A stretch of DNA of 64,000 bases, from the NCBI GenBank assembly GCA_044345375.1, contig JBIJBF010000008.1:141-64140 (forward strand), read 5' to 3'. The stretch comes from Alphaproteobacteria bacterium. Lineage in GTDB: Bacteria > Pseudomonadota > Alphaproteobacteria > CAISOG01. Position numbers and translations under genes: made by a program. Positions within the stretch are counted from its first letter, which is position 1, and each line of letters starts with the position of its first letter. The notes beneath the pieces were generated by a model that made no database searches, had not been told where the DNA came from, and was given only the letters and a program-made list of their open reading frames with translations. Below are positions 10,946 to 20,148 of this stretch, piece after piece.

Positions 10946-13900
10946 ATGATGATGACTGGAAAAAACCTCGCGCTAAGCCTGATGCTGCTGCTGTTCATGT
11001 GGCTGGGGGGGGGCAGTGGCGGCAGCACGCCAGCGTTGGCCAGCTCCCCCTCAGGGGTAAGTTGCCCTGTTGCTACCGGTTGCCCTATCGGCTCACGTTT
11101 TGGTATGCGTTGGGGCAGAATGCATCAGGGGCAGGATTTCCCCTGTGGCGGCGGTGGGCAAATGATCAGCGCGGCGGCGCCGGGGTTGATCTGTTTTGCC
11201 GCCTTCACAAATGGGGGGTACGGCAACAGGGTTGTGCTGTACCATCCTAACGGCGATTTTATGACCACCTACAACCACATGTGGTCAATTGTGCCAACGG
11301 TTAAGGGCGCCTCTACCGGCATTCCGATTAACACTGGCGATCCAATCGGCCCTTGCGGAGCTGGGGGAAACAGCAGAGGCGCGCACCTGCATTTTGAGTT
11401 GGGGGTAACGGATGCCTGCCCGAGCAATCCGATGAAGTTTGCGGGGTACTGTTACACCAATCCTTTGCCCTATATGAATTTGGGCAGCGTCCCTGGCGGT
11501 GGCAGCGGCCCACCCGGCATGCCCACCCCCGGCGGCGCCAGCGGCACCGATGCGGGGTCGATTATGGGTGAACCGGGCTCATCGATCGGCAACGCCTTTG
11601 AGATGGTTACCACCGGCTGTTGGCTGTGCAATATTTTTTCCGTTAGTTACGATTTGTCGATGGTGATTGGTGAGCGCGCCTTTGCCAAATTTGGCACCGC
11701 CATCGCCAATTTGATCGCGGTGCTGTTGGCGCTGTGGGTGTTGTTTGAGGCGGCCAAATTGATTGCGCCCTTTGGCCCGATGTCGGGGCCAGCCGGGGTG
11801 GCCAATATGGTGGTGGTGCGCATCGGCATCGCCCTGATGGTGATTGTGGCCCTGCGCAGTTTTGAATTTTACAACAGCTATATCCAATCGCCGATGATGG
11901 GGGCGGGGGTGCAGCTGTCCACCGATCTGCTGAACACGGCTGAGCAGACCTTAAAGGCCATTCCCACCCTGGGCAATTTATGGACCTCCCCCAGCTGTGA
12001 CGTGGACAACCACGTGTCGACCCCCACCTATATGCCCGCCGCCAAGGCCTATTACGATGCCAACCCCGCCGCCGTACCCGCGCGCGAGAAATTTATTTGC
12101 CTGCCCGAACGGATGCAACAAATTTTGGGCACCGGCATGGCCTTTGGCATCGCCAATATTTTGGGCAGCGGCAACCTGTCTAAACTGTCTGGCATGGGGG
12201 TGGTGACCGCCTTTGACCGCTTTTTCTCAGGCGTGGTGCTGACGCTGACCTATTTTACCGCCATGCTGATTTTTGGCATGTTCCTGCTCGACATGCTGTT
12301 CCGCTTTATCATGACCAGCGTGATGGCGCCGATGTGGCTGGCGGCGGCGGTTTTCCCCAGCACCCGTTTTGCCTTTTCGCAAGGGGTGCGGCAGCTGGCG
12401 CGATGCGCCCTGACGTTGGCGTTGATGACCGTGTTGATCGTGTTGGCGGCGGGTTTAATCGGCACCAGCACCAACGCCGCCCTGACCGCGGGGCAAGATG
12501 CGATGGAACCGGCGGAAAAAACCGCGGTGGACAGCTGCAAGGCCAAGGGCGCGGCGGCAGCAGCAGCCTGTAAGGCGGCGGGCACGCCTGATAAAGATTG
12601 CGATATGTCTACCGGCGCGGCCAGCCCATCCACCCCATCACCAGGTACGCCAGCTCCGACCACGCCACCAGCAGGGCCCCTGCCAGCTGGCAGTTGCCCT
12701 GGTGGCGGCGGGCTCAGTGGTGGGGTGTTCAGCACGCCGCCGGTCAACACCCAGCCCTGGGGGGGATCGCCCGATCCCACCGCGATCAATTTTTCCTGCA
12801 TGATGAACGTCGGCGGCTTTACCATCGGCTTTGGCAGCGCCGCCTTTTGGCAAATGTTGGCCGGGGCGCTGGTGGTGATGCTGTATATGTCGCGCGTCTA
12901 CAACCTGGCGGCGATGTATGTGGGCGTGCCGCAGGACAACAGCGGCAAAACGCTGGGGCAGCTGATGTCTGGCCTGACCCTGCGTGGCATCGGCACGGTT
13001 GGCGGCACGGCGGCAGGCATCGGCACCGCGGCGGGTGGGCAGTTGCTTAAATACGGCGGCGGTTTCTTGGCCAAGGGGGGATTGTGGGGTGGGAAAAAAG
13101 CCGCCGGCGTGGCGGGTGGCTTGGCGCAAAAAGCAGGTGGCGCGGTTGGTGGTGTGGCGCAAAATGCCGCTGCTGCGGCGGGCAGGGCAGCCGCGCCGCA
13201 TGTTCAGGCGGGCCGACAGTTGGCGTATAATGCCCAGCAATCCGCCCAACAAACCATGCGGCAGCTATCCCACCGCCTGGCTCAAGCAACGCCGAAACCG
13301 ATCGCGTCTGGACTTGCCTCGGTGGGCAGCCAATGGAGCCATCTGTCTGGTGCGGTCTCCTCAGCCTTTGGCACCGCCTTGCAGGCAATGGTGGTGACGG
13401 CGCAGGCAGCAGGGCAGGCACTGGCGGTGGCGGCGCAACAAGCCGCTGAGGTGGCCGCGCAGTTAAAGGCACAGCTAGATGAAATGGCGGCCAACGCCAA
13501 GGCTGACAGAATCGAGAAACTGGCGATACAAATTGAGGCTGCCAAAAAGGAATTGGAAGAAGCGGTTGATGTTAGTGGCATTGTGAACCCAGCGGATATC
13601 GAAAATATTTTAAAAAACCTGCAAGACATTCGCCAACAATTTGCGGATATGTCGGCAGAGCTGGATGAAGTCACACGGCGGGAGATGTCGGCAGATATTT
13701 GGCAGCTGGAAAAGAAAATGATCGAAAACCAAGCTTCCCAGCAGCAACAAAACGATCTTGTTCAGGGCATCGGCGGCGTGCTGAACGCGTTGGACAATGC
13801 GGTGCAAGCGGTGCAGAACATCATTCAAGCCCCTGGTGTATTCGTCGGAGAGACGGGCAAAAATTTGCAGCAGGAGCTTCGCAATGCGTTTAAGGATCTA

Positions 13901-14176
13901 ACCCCTGAACAGCAGGCGAAGTTGCAACAGGCCTTGCAGATCGGCTCTGGTGCGGCCAAACATGTGAGTAAGATTTCGGGCGCGATCTACAAGGGTGCGA
14001 TGCTTGGTCATCAAGCTGGAGAAGTGTTTATTACGATAACGGACGTTGTTACGGATGCGCACGAGCAAGAAAGAAAAGAGCTGGAACAACAAAAACGCCG
14101 TCCCAAAAGTTGGTTGGACCCGGATTATGATGATGATGATGAGAAGAAAAGGGATGATCCATGGAAAACGACCTAA
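10946..14176 (+). CDS. M23 metallopeptidase fused to a VirB6/TrbL-like membrane domain with Gly/Ala-rich and coiled-coil tail
   Basis: M23 motifs SRFG..HQGQD, GGYGN, YNHM, HLHFE; CWLC; VirB6-like APMWLAAAVFPSTR; Q/E/K-rich helical tail. Confidence 0.7.
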   Translation: MMMTGKNLALSLMLLLFMWLGGGSGGSTPALASSPSGVSCPVATGCPIGSRFGMRWGRMHQGQDFPCGGGGQMISAAAPGLICFAAFTNGGYGNRVVLYHPNGDFMTTYNHMWSIVPTVKGASTGIPINTGDPIGPCGAGGNSRGAHLHFELGVTDACPSNPMKFAGYCYTNPLPYMNLGSVPGGGSGPPGMPTPGGASGTDAGSIMGEPGSSIGNAFEMVTTGCWLCNIFSVSYDLSMVIGERAFAKFGTAIANLIAVLLALWVLFEAAKLIAPFGPMSGPAGVANMVVVRIGIALMVIVALRSFEFYNSYIQSPMMGAGVQLSTDLLNTAEQTLKAIPTLGNLWTSPSCDVDNHVSTPTYMPAAKAYYDANPAAVPAREKFICLPERMQQILGTGMAFGIANILGSGNLSKLSGMGVVTAFDRFFSGVVLTLTYFTAMLIFGMFLLDMLFRFIMTSVMAPMWLAAAVFPSTRFAFSQGVRQLARCALTLALMTVLIVLAAGLIGTSTNAALTAGQDAMEPAEKTAVDSCKAKGAAAAAACKAAGTPDKDCDMSTGAASPSTPSPGTPAPTTPPAGPLPAGSCPGGGGLSGGVFSTPPVNTQPWGGSPDPTAINFSCMMNVGGFTIGFGSAAFWQMLAGALVVMLYMSRVYNLAAMYVGVPQDNSGKTLGQLMSGLTLRGIGTVGGTAAGIGTAAGGQLLKYGGGFLAKGGLWGGKKAAGVAGGLAQKAGGAVGGVAQNAAAAAGRAAAPHVQAGRQLAYNAQQSAQQTMRQLSHRLAQATPKPIASGLASVGSQWSHLSGAVSSAFGTALQAMVVTAQAAGQALAVAAQQAAEVAAQLKAQLDEMAANAKADRIEKLAIQIEAAKKELEEAVDVSGIVNPADIENILKNLQDIRQQFADMSAELDEVTRREMSADIWQLEKKMIENQASQQQQNDLVQGIGGVLNALDNAVQAVQNIIQAPGVFVGETGKNLQQELRNAFKDLTPEQQAKLQQALQIGSGAAKHVSKISGAIYKGAMLGHQAGEVFITITDVVTDAHEQERKELEQQKRRPKSWLDPDYDDDDEKKRDDPWKTT

Positions 14177-15423
14177 CGCCTGCCCTGCAACAATTGGCCG
14201 AGCAGGGCAGGGCGGCGGCGGGGGTGATTGGCTTGGCCTCTACGGCGCAGAAGAACGCGGCGTTGCTGGCGGCGGCCAGTGGGATTGAGCGGGCATCGGC
14301 GGCGATTCTGGCGGCCAATGCGGTGGAAATAGAGGATGCCAAGGCGGCCAAGATGTCGGATGGCTTGCTCGATCGCCTGCGGCTGACGGCGGAGCGGGTG
14401 CAGGCGATGGCGGATGGCGTGCGCAATGTGGCGGCGTTGCCCGATCCGGTCGGTCGGGTGTTGGCGGCTTGGCCGCGCCCCAACGGCCTGCAGATTCAGC
14501 GGGTCAGCATCCCGATCGGCGTGATTGCGATGGTCTATGAGTCGCGGCCGAATGTTACCGCCGATGCCGCCGCGCTGTGTTTGAAATCCGGCAATGTGGT
14601 GGTTTTGCGCCCAGCGCGGGAATGCTTTGCCAGCGCGCAGCTGATCGCCGCCTGCTTTGCTGAGGCGCTGCTGGCGGTTGACTTGCCGCCTGCTGCTGTG
14701 TCGATGGTGCCCAGCGCCGATCGGGCGTTGGTGACCGCGCTGGTGCAGCTGCACGGGTTGATCGATCTGGTGATTCCGCGCGGTGGCCCTGCCCTGCAGC
14801 AGATGATGGTTGAGCAGGCGCGGGTGCCGGTGCTGCAGCATCTGGCGGGGCTTTGCCATGTCTATGTGCATCGCGATGCCGAGCTGGCGATGGCGCGGGC
14901 GGTGGTGCTGAACGCCAAAATGCGGCGGGTTGGGGTGTGCGGCGCGGCGGAGACTTTGTTGATCGATGCGGCTGTTGCGCCCACCCATTTGCCCTCCATT
15001 TTGCAGGATTTGGCGGATGCCGGCTGCGAGATTCGCGGCGATGCCACCACCCAGCAGCTTTTCCCCGCCAGCTTGCCAGCGAGCGAGGCGGATTGGCAGA
15101 CCGAGTATCTGGCGCCGATCCTGTCGGTGCGGGTGGTAGACGGGGTTGAGGCCGCCATCACCCATATCAACCATTACGGCAGCCATCACACCGACAGCAT
15201 CATCACGCAGGATACTGCCGCGGCGGCGCGGTTTTTGGCGGCGGTGGACAGCGCGATGGTGCTGCACAACGCCAGCACCCAATTTGCCGATGGCGGGGAG
15301 TTTGGCTTTGGCGCGGAAATCGGCATCGCCACCGGCCGCCTGCACGCCCGCGGCCCCGTAGGCCTAGAACAGCTGACCACCTATAAATACCAGCTGTTGG
15401 GGGATGGGAATTGTCGGCCTTAG
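14161..15423 (+). CDS. proA: Gamma-glutamyl phosphate reductase
   Basis: YESRPNVT, IPRGG, VCGAAET, NASTQFADGGEFGFGAEIGIAT, HARGPVGL. Confidence 0.98.
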   Translation: MENDLTPALQQLAEQGRAAAGVIGLASTAQKNAALLAAASGIERASAAILAANAVEIEDAKAAKMSDGLLDRLRLTAERVQAMADGVRNVAALPDPVGRVLAAWPRPNGLQIQRVSIPIGVIAMVYESRPNVTADAAALCLKSGNVVVLRPARECFASAQLIAACFAEALLAVDLPPAAVSMVPSADRALVTALVQLHGLIDLVIPRGGPALQQMMVEQARVPVLQHLAGLCHVYVHRDAELAMARAVVLNAKMRRVGVCGAAETLLIDAAVAPTHLPSILQDLADAGCEIRGDATTQQLFPASLPASEADWQTEYLAPILSVRVVDGVEAAITHINHYGSHHTDSIITQDTAAAARFLAAVDSAMVLHNASTQFADGGEFGFGAEIGIATGRLHARGPVGLEQLTTYKYQLLGDGNCRP

Positions 15424-15448
15424 GGCTTCAGGGGAATGGGATGCCGTA

Positions 15449-15617
15449 AATTCCCCTCCCGCGGAGGGGTGGCAGGCGAAGCCTGACGGGGTGGTCCTTT
15501 GGGTGGGGCAGAGCTGTCAGATAAAAAGGATGAGCAACCGTCCATGTTTGCACTGCAGGTGACACGTAAAGAAAGGACCACCCCGCCCTTCGGGCACCCC
15601 TCCGCGGGAGGGGAATT
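15449..15617. repeat. Inverted REP-like doublet between convergent genes
   Basis: Arms AATTCCCCTCCCGCGGAGGGGTG-[hairpin]-CGGGGTGGTCCTTT in inverted orientation (15449-15500, 15572-15617); related copies at 41191 and 55883. Confidence 0.85.
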
Positions 15618-15630
15618 AAGAACGAAGCAA

Positions 15631-16620
15631 CTAAGCCGCCTTGTTCTTGGCCATTTGCTGCGCCTTGTCGACGATGGTTTGTGCCTGTTTGATGCTGGCG
15701 ATATCGATCAGCCGGCCATCTAGGGCGACTGAGCCGCGACCATCACGGGCGGCTTGCTCCATCGCCTGCAGGATGCGGGTGGCGCGCTCAATCTCGGTGG
15801 GGGAGGGGGCAAAAACCTGGTTGGCCAGCGGAATCTGGCTGGGGTGAATCGCCCATTTGCCCTCAATGCCTAAGGCTGCGGCGCGATGACCGGCCGCCAA
15901 ATAGCCATCGGTATCGCCAAAATCGCCAAAGGGGCCATCCACGGGGCGCAGGCCATAGGCACGCGCCGCCACCACCAGCCGCGACAGGGCGTAGTGCCAC
16001 GGATCGCCCCAATGCAGCGCCCGATGCCCGGCCGCATCCGCATCGGTCAGCACGCTGTAGTCGGGGTTGACCCCGCCGATGTTGGTGGTGCGCGCCCGGG
16101 TGCTGGCGGAATAGTCGGCCACGCCAAAATGCAGCGATTCGTTGCGCTTGCTGGCGGCGGCGATGGCGTTGATGTTGGCCATGCCCAGCGCGGTTTCAAT
16201 AATCAGCTCAAAGCCAATTTTGCCAACCGGCAAGCCCTTGGCCTGTTCAATCTGGGTCACCAGCATGTCGATGGCGTAGACATCCGCCGCGGTGCCCACC
16301 TTGGGGATCATGATCAGATCCAGCCGATCGCCCGCCGCCTCAACCACATCAATCACATCGCGGTACATATAGGGCGTGTCGAGCCCGTTGATGCGCACCG
16401 ACACGGTTTTGCCGCGCCAGTCAAAGCCGCGCAGCCCCACAATCGCCTGTTCCCGCGCCATATCCTTGTCCGCGGGCGCCACCGAATCCTCCAAATCCAA
16501 AAAGACGATGTCGGCCGGCGATTGCCAGGCCTTTTCAAACAATTTCGGCTGGCTGGCCGGCACCGCCAGCTCGCTGCGGTTCAGGCGGGATTTGGCGGGA
16601 TCGATAACGGTAAAGCTCAT
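15631..16620 (-). CDS. mcl: Malyl-CoA lyase (CitE/HpcH family)
   Basis: RSELAVP, FLDLEDSVAP, RINGLDTPYMYRDV, IETALG, FGVADY, GKWAIHPSQI; closely resembles the Methylobacterium-type Mcl as recalled. Confidence 0.88.
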   Translation of the reverse strand: MSFTVIDPAKSRLNRSELAVPASQPKLFEKAWQSPADIVFLDLEDSVAPADKDMAREQAIVGLRGFDWRGKTVSVRINGLDTPYMYRDVIDVVEAAGDRLDLIMIPKVGTAADVYAIDMLVTQIEQAKGLPVGKIGFELIIETALGMANINAIAAASKRNESLHFGVADYSASTRARTTNIGGVNPDYSVLTDADAAGHRALHWGDPWHYALSRLVVAARAYGLRPVDGPFGDFGDTDGYLAAGHRAAALGIEGKWAIHPSQIPLANQVFAPSPTEIERATRILQAMEQAARDGRGSVALDGRLIDIASIKQAQTIVDKAQQMAKNKAA

Positions 16621-16655
16621 GGCGATTCTCCGGCAGGGGATAAAGGGCAAGGGGG

Positions 16656-17618
16656 CTAAAGGGCAGGGGCTAACGGATGGTGTTTGACGGCCTGAAACAG
16701 CCGGCTGGTGCTGACATGGGTGTAAATCTGTACAGTGCCGATGCTAGCGTGTCCCAGCAGCAGTTGCAAGCGGCGCAGATCGGCGCCGTGGTCCAGCAAA
16801 TGGGTGGCCACGCTGTGCCGCAGCACATGTGGCGACAGGCGCGTTGGGTCAAGGCCGGCCTGCACGGCAGCCTGTTTCAGCAGGCCGTGCACCAGTTGGC
16901 GGCTGATCGGCTGCAGCGGGTTTTTGGCTGGAAACAGCCATAAGCTGTTGGGGGTGGTTTTGGGATCGGTTTTGATAAACTGATCGCGGATTGCCAGATA
17001 GGCCTGCACCGCCGCAATCGCGGTGGGGGTGAGGGGCAGCAGGCGTTCCTTGGAACCCTTGCCCATCACCCGCAGCATCGGTTGGGGGTTCGCCAGTGCC
17101 TGCAGCCAGCTGTTCAGCCTTAGCCCGATCAGCTCGCTGACCCGCAGGCCGGTGGCGTACAGCAATTCCAGCAGGGCGCTTAGGCGGATACTGGCAGGAC
17201 TTTTGTCCATCGCCGTTGCTTCCAACAGGCGGTTGATTTCCCCCTCGCTTAAAAACTTGGGCAAATGCCGCGGGGTTTTGGGGGTGGGCAGCAGCGCGGC
17301 GGGGTTATCGCTGCGGTGGCCATCGCGTTGCAAAAATCCGTAAAACTGGCGAATGGCGGCAAGGCGGCGCTGTTGGGTGCGGATGCTGGTTGGGCTGTCG
17401 CTGTTGTTGCCGTTCAGGAAATAGGCCTGCAGGCGGGCGGCATCCAGCGTTTGCAGGCCTTGGTTTTTATCCGTCAGCCAGCGCAACAAATCGGCCAGAT
17501 CGCGGCGATAGGCGGCGGCGGTGTTGGGCGCAATGTTGCGTTCCACCACCATCATGTCCAAAAACAGGGCGATCAGGGCGTGATCTTGTGGTTGCGGGTG
17601 CGTGCTGGGCACGGCCAT
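16656..17618 (-). CDS. xerD: Tyrosine recombinase XerD
   Basis: NTAAAYRRDL, ELLYATGLRVSEL, GKGSKER, SPHVLRHSVATHLL, LLGHASIGTVQIYTH. Confidence 0.9.
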   Translation of the reverse strand: MAVPSTHPQPQDHALIALFLDMMVVERNIAPNTAAAYRRDLADLLRWLTDKNQGLQTLDAARLQAYFLNGNNSDSPTSIRTQQRRLAAIRQFYGFLQRDGHRSDNPAALLPTPKTPRHLPKFLSEGEINRLLEATAMDKSPASIRLSALLELLYATGLRVSELIGLRLNSWLQALANPQPMLRVMGKGSKERLLPLTPTAIAAVQAYLAIRDQFIKTDPKTTPNSLWLFPAKNPLQPISRQLVHGLLKQAAVQAGLDPTRLSPHVLRHSVATHLLDHGADLRRLQLLLGHASIGTVQIYTHVSTSRLFQAVKHHPLAPAL

Positions 17619-17620
17619 GG

Positions 17621-19018
17621 TTAAGCAGCCGTTGGCGCAGGGGGGGCGGCCGTTTTGCTTAGCGTTGTGCCGCTTAGCCGCGCCTGCTGCTCCCGCCGCC
17701 ACAACACCCCAACCCAGCCCATCGCCGCCAGGGTTTGCAGCAGGATTAGGAAGGTGTGGTACAGTTGTACGGATTGCGGATTGCTGCCAGCATCGTCACC
17801 ATCGATGTTGGGCAGGGGCATAAAGATGTTGCTCAACCCCTCCAAATCAAGCGCATGCAATATCCATGGCAGCAGGCCATAGAGGATGAACAGATAGGCC
17901 ATCCAGCTTTGCAACGGCCGTTTGATGCGGCGCTGGTTAGACAGGGCGATCAGTATCAGGCTATCTCTGGCTGCCAGCAGCAGGATGGAGATGGCGAACA
18001 ACACCTCAGTGCCATTTGGGTTGATGATAACCTCAGCCAGCACCACCGCTAGTGCCAGCACATAGGCGATGCTCCAGCGCGGCCAAAGATTGGCCACATC
18101 AACCCAGCGTTTTTGTTGCCAGGCCAGCACTAGGCGGCGATAGCCGATAAAGCCGTGCGGCTCTGTGATCAACTGCACCCCCAGGCCACAAAGCGCGACC
18201 GCCCCCATGGCCAACCCTATGACCGCGGCGGTTTCTGCATCATTGTGTCGGATGGGCAAGCCGCCAAACCAAAGCATCACGGCCAGCAAGCCAAACAACC
18301 ACAGCCACGGCATGGTTTTTTCCTGCAGCTCCCGGCGCATCCCCTGATGGGCGGCCATCAAAGTTAATGCGTTGAAAAACAACAGGGAGGCAACCACAAA
18401 CAGATCGGACTGGATGCTAAGTCCGTACCACATGATTTGTTCGGCATAAGTGTTGCGAGCGGCTAGGAAATAGGGCGGTGCAGCCGATAAAATTAAGGGA
18501 AGCAGCACATAAACTGGGTTTACCCGGCGGGCTGATGACGTGGTCGCTGGGGTGGTCAGGCTAAGCGCCAGGGCGGCCCCCTGAAAAAACAGCCCAAGCA
18601 GCAAAATTTTCAGGCAAATCAGCGACATCGGCTGGGAAAGCCAATCCTTCTGTATCCCCACCGGTTGGTACAACACAATCAGCAGCAGGCAGCAAAGCGC
18701 GCCGTACCAGGCATAGATCGCGCCACCAAAAATCTTGCCCACCACCAGCTGCCCCGCGCTTTGCGCTGACAGGCGTTGGTTGTCCCAGGTGGCGTTGCTG
18801 CGCTCATCCTCCATGCTGCTGGTCACCGCAAAGGGCGCCCACAGGCCTAACGCGGCCAGCAAGGCGGCGGGCAAAAACCACAGCCGCTGTTGGGAATCGA
18901 TGATCGCGGTGATGGCAAACAAAATGATGGGCAGCAGGATCAGGCGCTGCGGCGAAATTTCCAGCCAAAACTGCCGACGCAGCTCAGGGTTTTGCACAAA
19001 AAGCCGCGATACCATCAT
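17621..19018 (-). CDS. Polytopic membrane protein, ABC-2 permease-like
   Basis: About a dozen hydrophobic segments; EDERSNATWDNQRLS...LVVGK resembles the ABC-2 permease cytoplasmic loop. Confidence 0.6.
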   Translation of the reverse strand: MMVSRLFVQNPELRRQFWLEISPQRLILLPIILFAITAIIDSQQRLWFLPAALLAALGLWAPFAVTSSMEDERSNATWDNQRLSAQSAGQLVVGKIFGGAIYAWYGALCCLLLIVLYQPVGIQKDWLSQPMSLICLKILLLGLFFQGAALALSLTTPATTSSARRVNPVYVLLPLILSAAPPYFLAARNTYAEQIMWYGLSIQSDLFVVASLLFFNALTLMAAHQGMRRELQEKTMPWLWLFGLLAVMLWFGGLPIRHNDAETAAVIGLAMGAVALCGLGVQLITEPHGFIGYRRLVLAWQQKRWVDVANLWPRWSIAYVLALAVVLAEVIINPNGTEVLFAISILLLAARDSLILIALSNQRRIKRPLQSWMAYLFILYGLLPWILHALDLEGLSNIFMPLPNIDGDDAGSNPQSVQLYHTFLILLQTLAAMGWVGVLWRREQQARLSGTTLSKTAAPPAPTAA

Positions 19019-19093
19019 GACCGACGCATCCTTTAAACGGTTGATGGCCGCACTATAGCATCGTCAAAAAGCCTCGCACAGCAAAAATTTGGC

Positions 19094-19735
19094 TTAACCC
19101 CCAGCATCCTCAAACAGGCAGGGGATGCCGCGTTGTGCAAAAGCCTTGAACAAATCGTTTTTATCAGTGGCATCACGGCGGTATAGGGGTTGTTCGTCGG
19201 GCATTTGGCTGCGGTCGCGGGTTTTTTCAAAACCAAAACGCTTTAACATCGCCTCCCCCTCATCTGAATAGGCCAAGGTAAGCACGGAAAGGGGGTAGCG
19301 CAATTGGCCACTTTCGGCCCAGCTGTTTAACGCCATCGCCAACATCATGCCAATGGGGTTGTCTGATCGGGGTTTGCGAAACGGGCGATCGATTACGACA
19401 GCGCCGATAAACCAATGTTGTGCCCCCTCCGCCAACACCTGTTGGATGGGCAGTGGGGTTAAGTTTTCTTCCAGGATCAAGCCTTTAGCAAAGGAGTCCG
19501 CCTGATCGGCATCGATAGGCCAAATGCTGACATAGCCAATGATACGGCCTTGGTCGCACAACAAGCGTCGTCCTTCGGGGTATCGCTCGTGCCATCCATT
19601 GATATGGTCAAGGGCGAATGTATCATCGCCGAAGTTATCCGCTGCAATGGCATGTACCCGCTGAATATCCGCATCATTTTGAATTGGGCGAATAAGCCAT
19701 TCATAAAATCGATCGAAGTAACGGGGTGGTAGCAT
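19094..19735 (-). CDS. GNAT-fold-like hypothetical protein (paralog of 47676 and 48341 ORFs)
   Basis: IIGYVSIWPI, WFIGAVVI, SGQLRYP, AYSDEGEAMLKRFGF, with counterparts in the two paralogs. Confidence 0.65.
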   Translation of the reverse strand: MLPPRYFDRFYEWLIRPIQNDADIQRVHAIAADNFGDDTFALDHINGWHERYPEGRRLLCDQGRIIGYVSIWPIDADQADSFAKGLILEENLTPLPIQQVLAEGAQHWFIGAVVIDRPFRKPRSDNPIGMMLAMALNSWAESGQLRYPLSVLTLAYSDEGEAMLKRFGFEKTRDRSQMPDEQPLYRRDATDKNDLFKAFAQRGIPCLFEDAGG

Positions 19736-19821
19736 TAGGAAAAAACCTATTTTTTGTAAAAGACAGGTTTAGCCTAAAGGATTGTTTACTGTTTGTGCAA
19801 GTTCATTGCGTTCCTCAAAAT

Positions 19822-20148
19822 TCACTGAGCAACAGGCGGCGTGGGGGGCAGTTTTTGGGGCAGCAGGCAGTAGCCCATTGCGCGCATGATAGAGGTGACG
19901 TTGCCAAGGCGTGGGTTTCCTGCACCAGACAGGGCTTTTTGCAGACCCTGCCTGCTGATCCCCGTGTTGCTTGCCAAATTGCCAATGCCCTGCACCCGGG
20001 CGATCACACGCAGGGCGGTCAGCAAGGCGGCCGTGTTGTTGTCCTCTGCATATTCCTGAAAAATCTCGGTCAAATAATCCTCGATTTCATCAGGATGGGC
20101 GCGAAAATACTCCTCCGTCACCTCCTCAATATTTCTCAAGCGACGCAT
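19822..20148 (-). CDS. Addiction module antitoxin (HTH, HI1420/HigA-like)
   Basis: LLTALRVIARVQGIGNLASNTGISRQGLQKALSGAGNPRL; GGAAGGAG RBS before ATG 20148; overlaps toxin end. Confidence 0.9.
   Translation of the reverse strand: MRRLRNIEEVTEEYFRAHPDEIEDYLTEIFQEYAEDNNTAALLTALRVIARVQGIGNLASNTGISRQGLQKALSGAGNPRLGNVTSIMRAMGYCLLPQKLPPTPPVAQ

Noticed and set aside
14173-15345. 390-aa minus-strand ORF
   Set aside because: Antisense shadow of proA with no motifs; expected from GC-rich codon bias
15499-15723. 74-aa ORF across the REP doublet
   Set aside because: Made of repeat sequence and overlaps the mcl 3' end
16656-17618. Possible phage or island integrase
   Set aside because: Length and motifs fit housekeeping XerD; no att sites or phage genes seen
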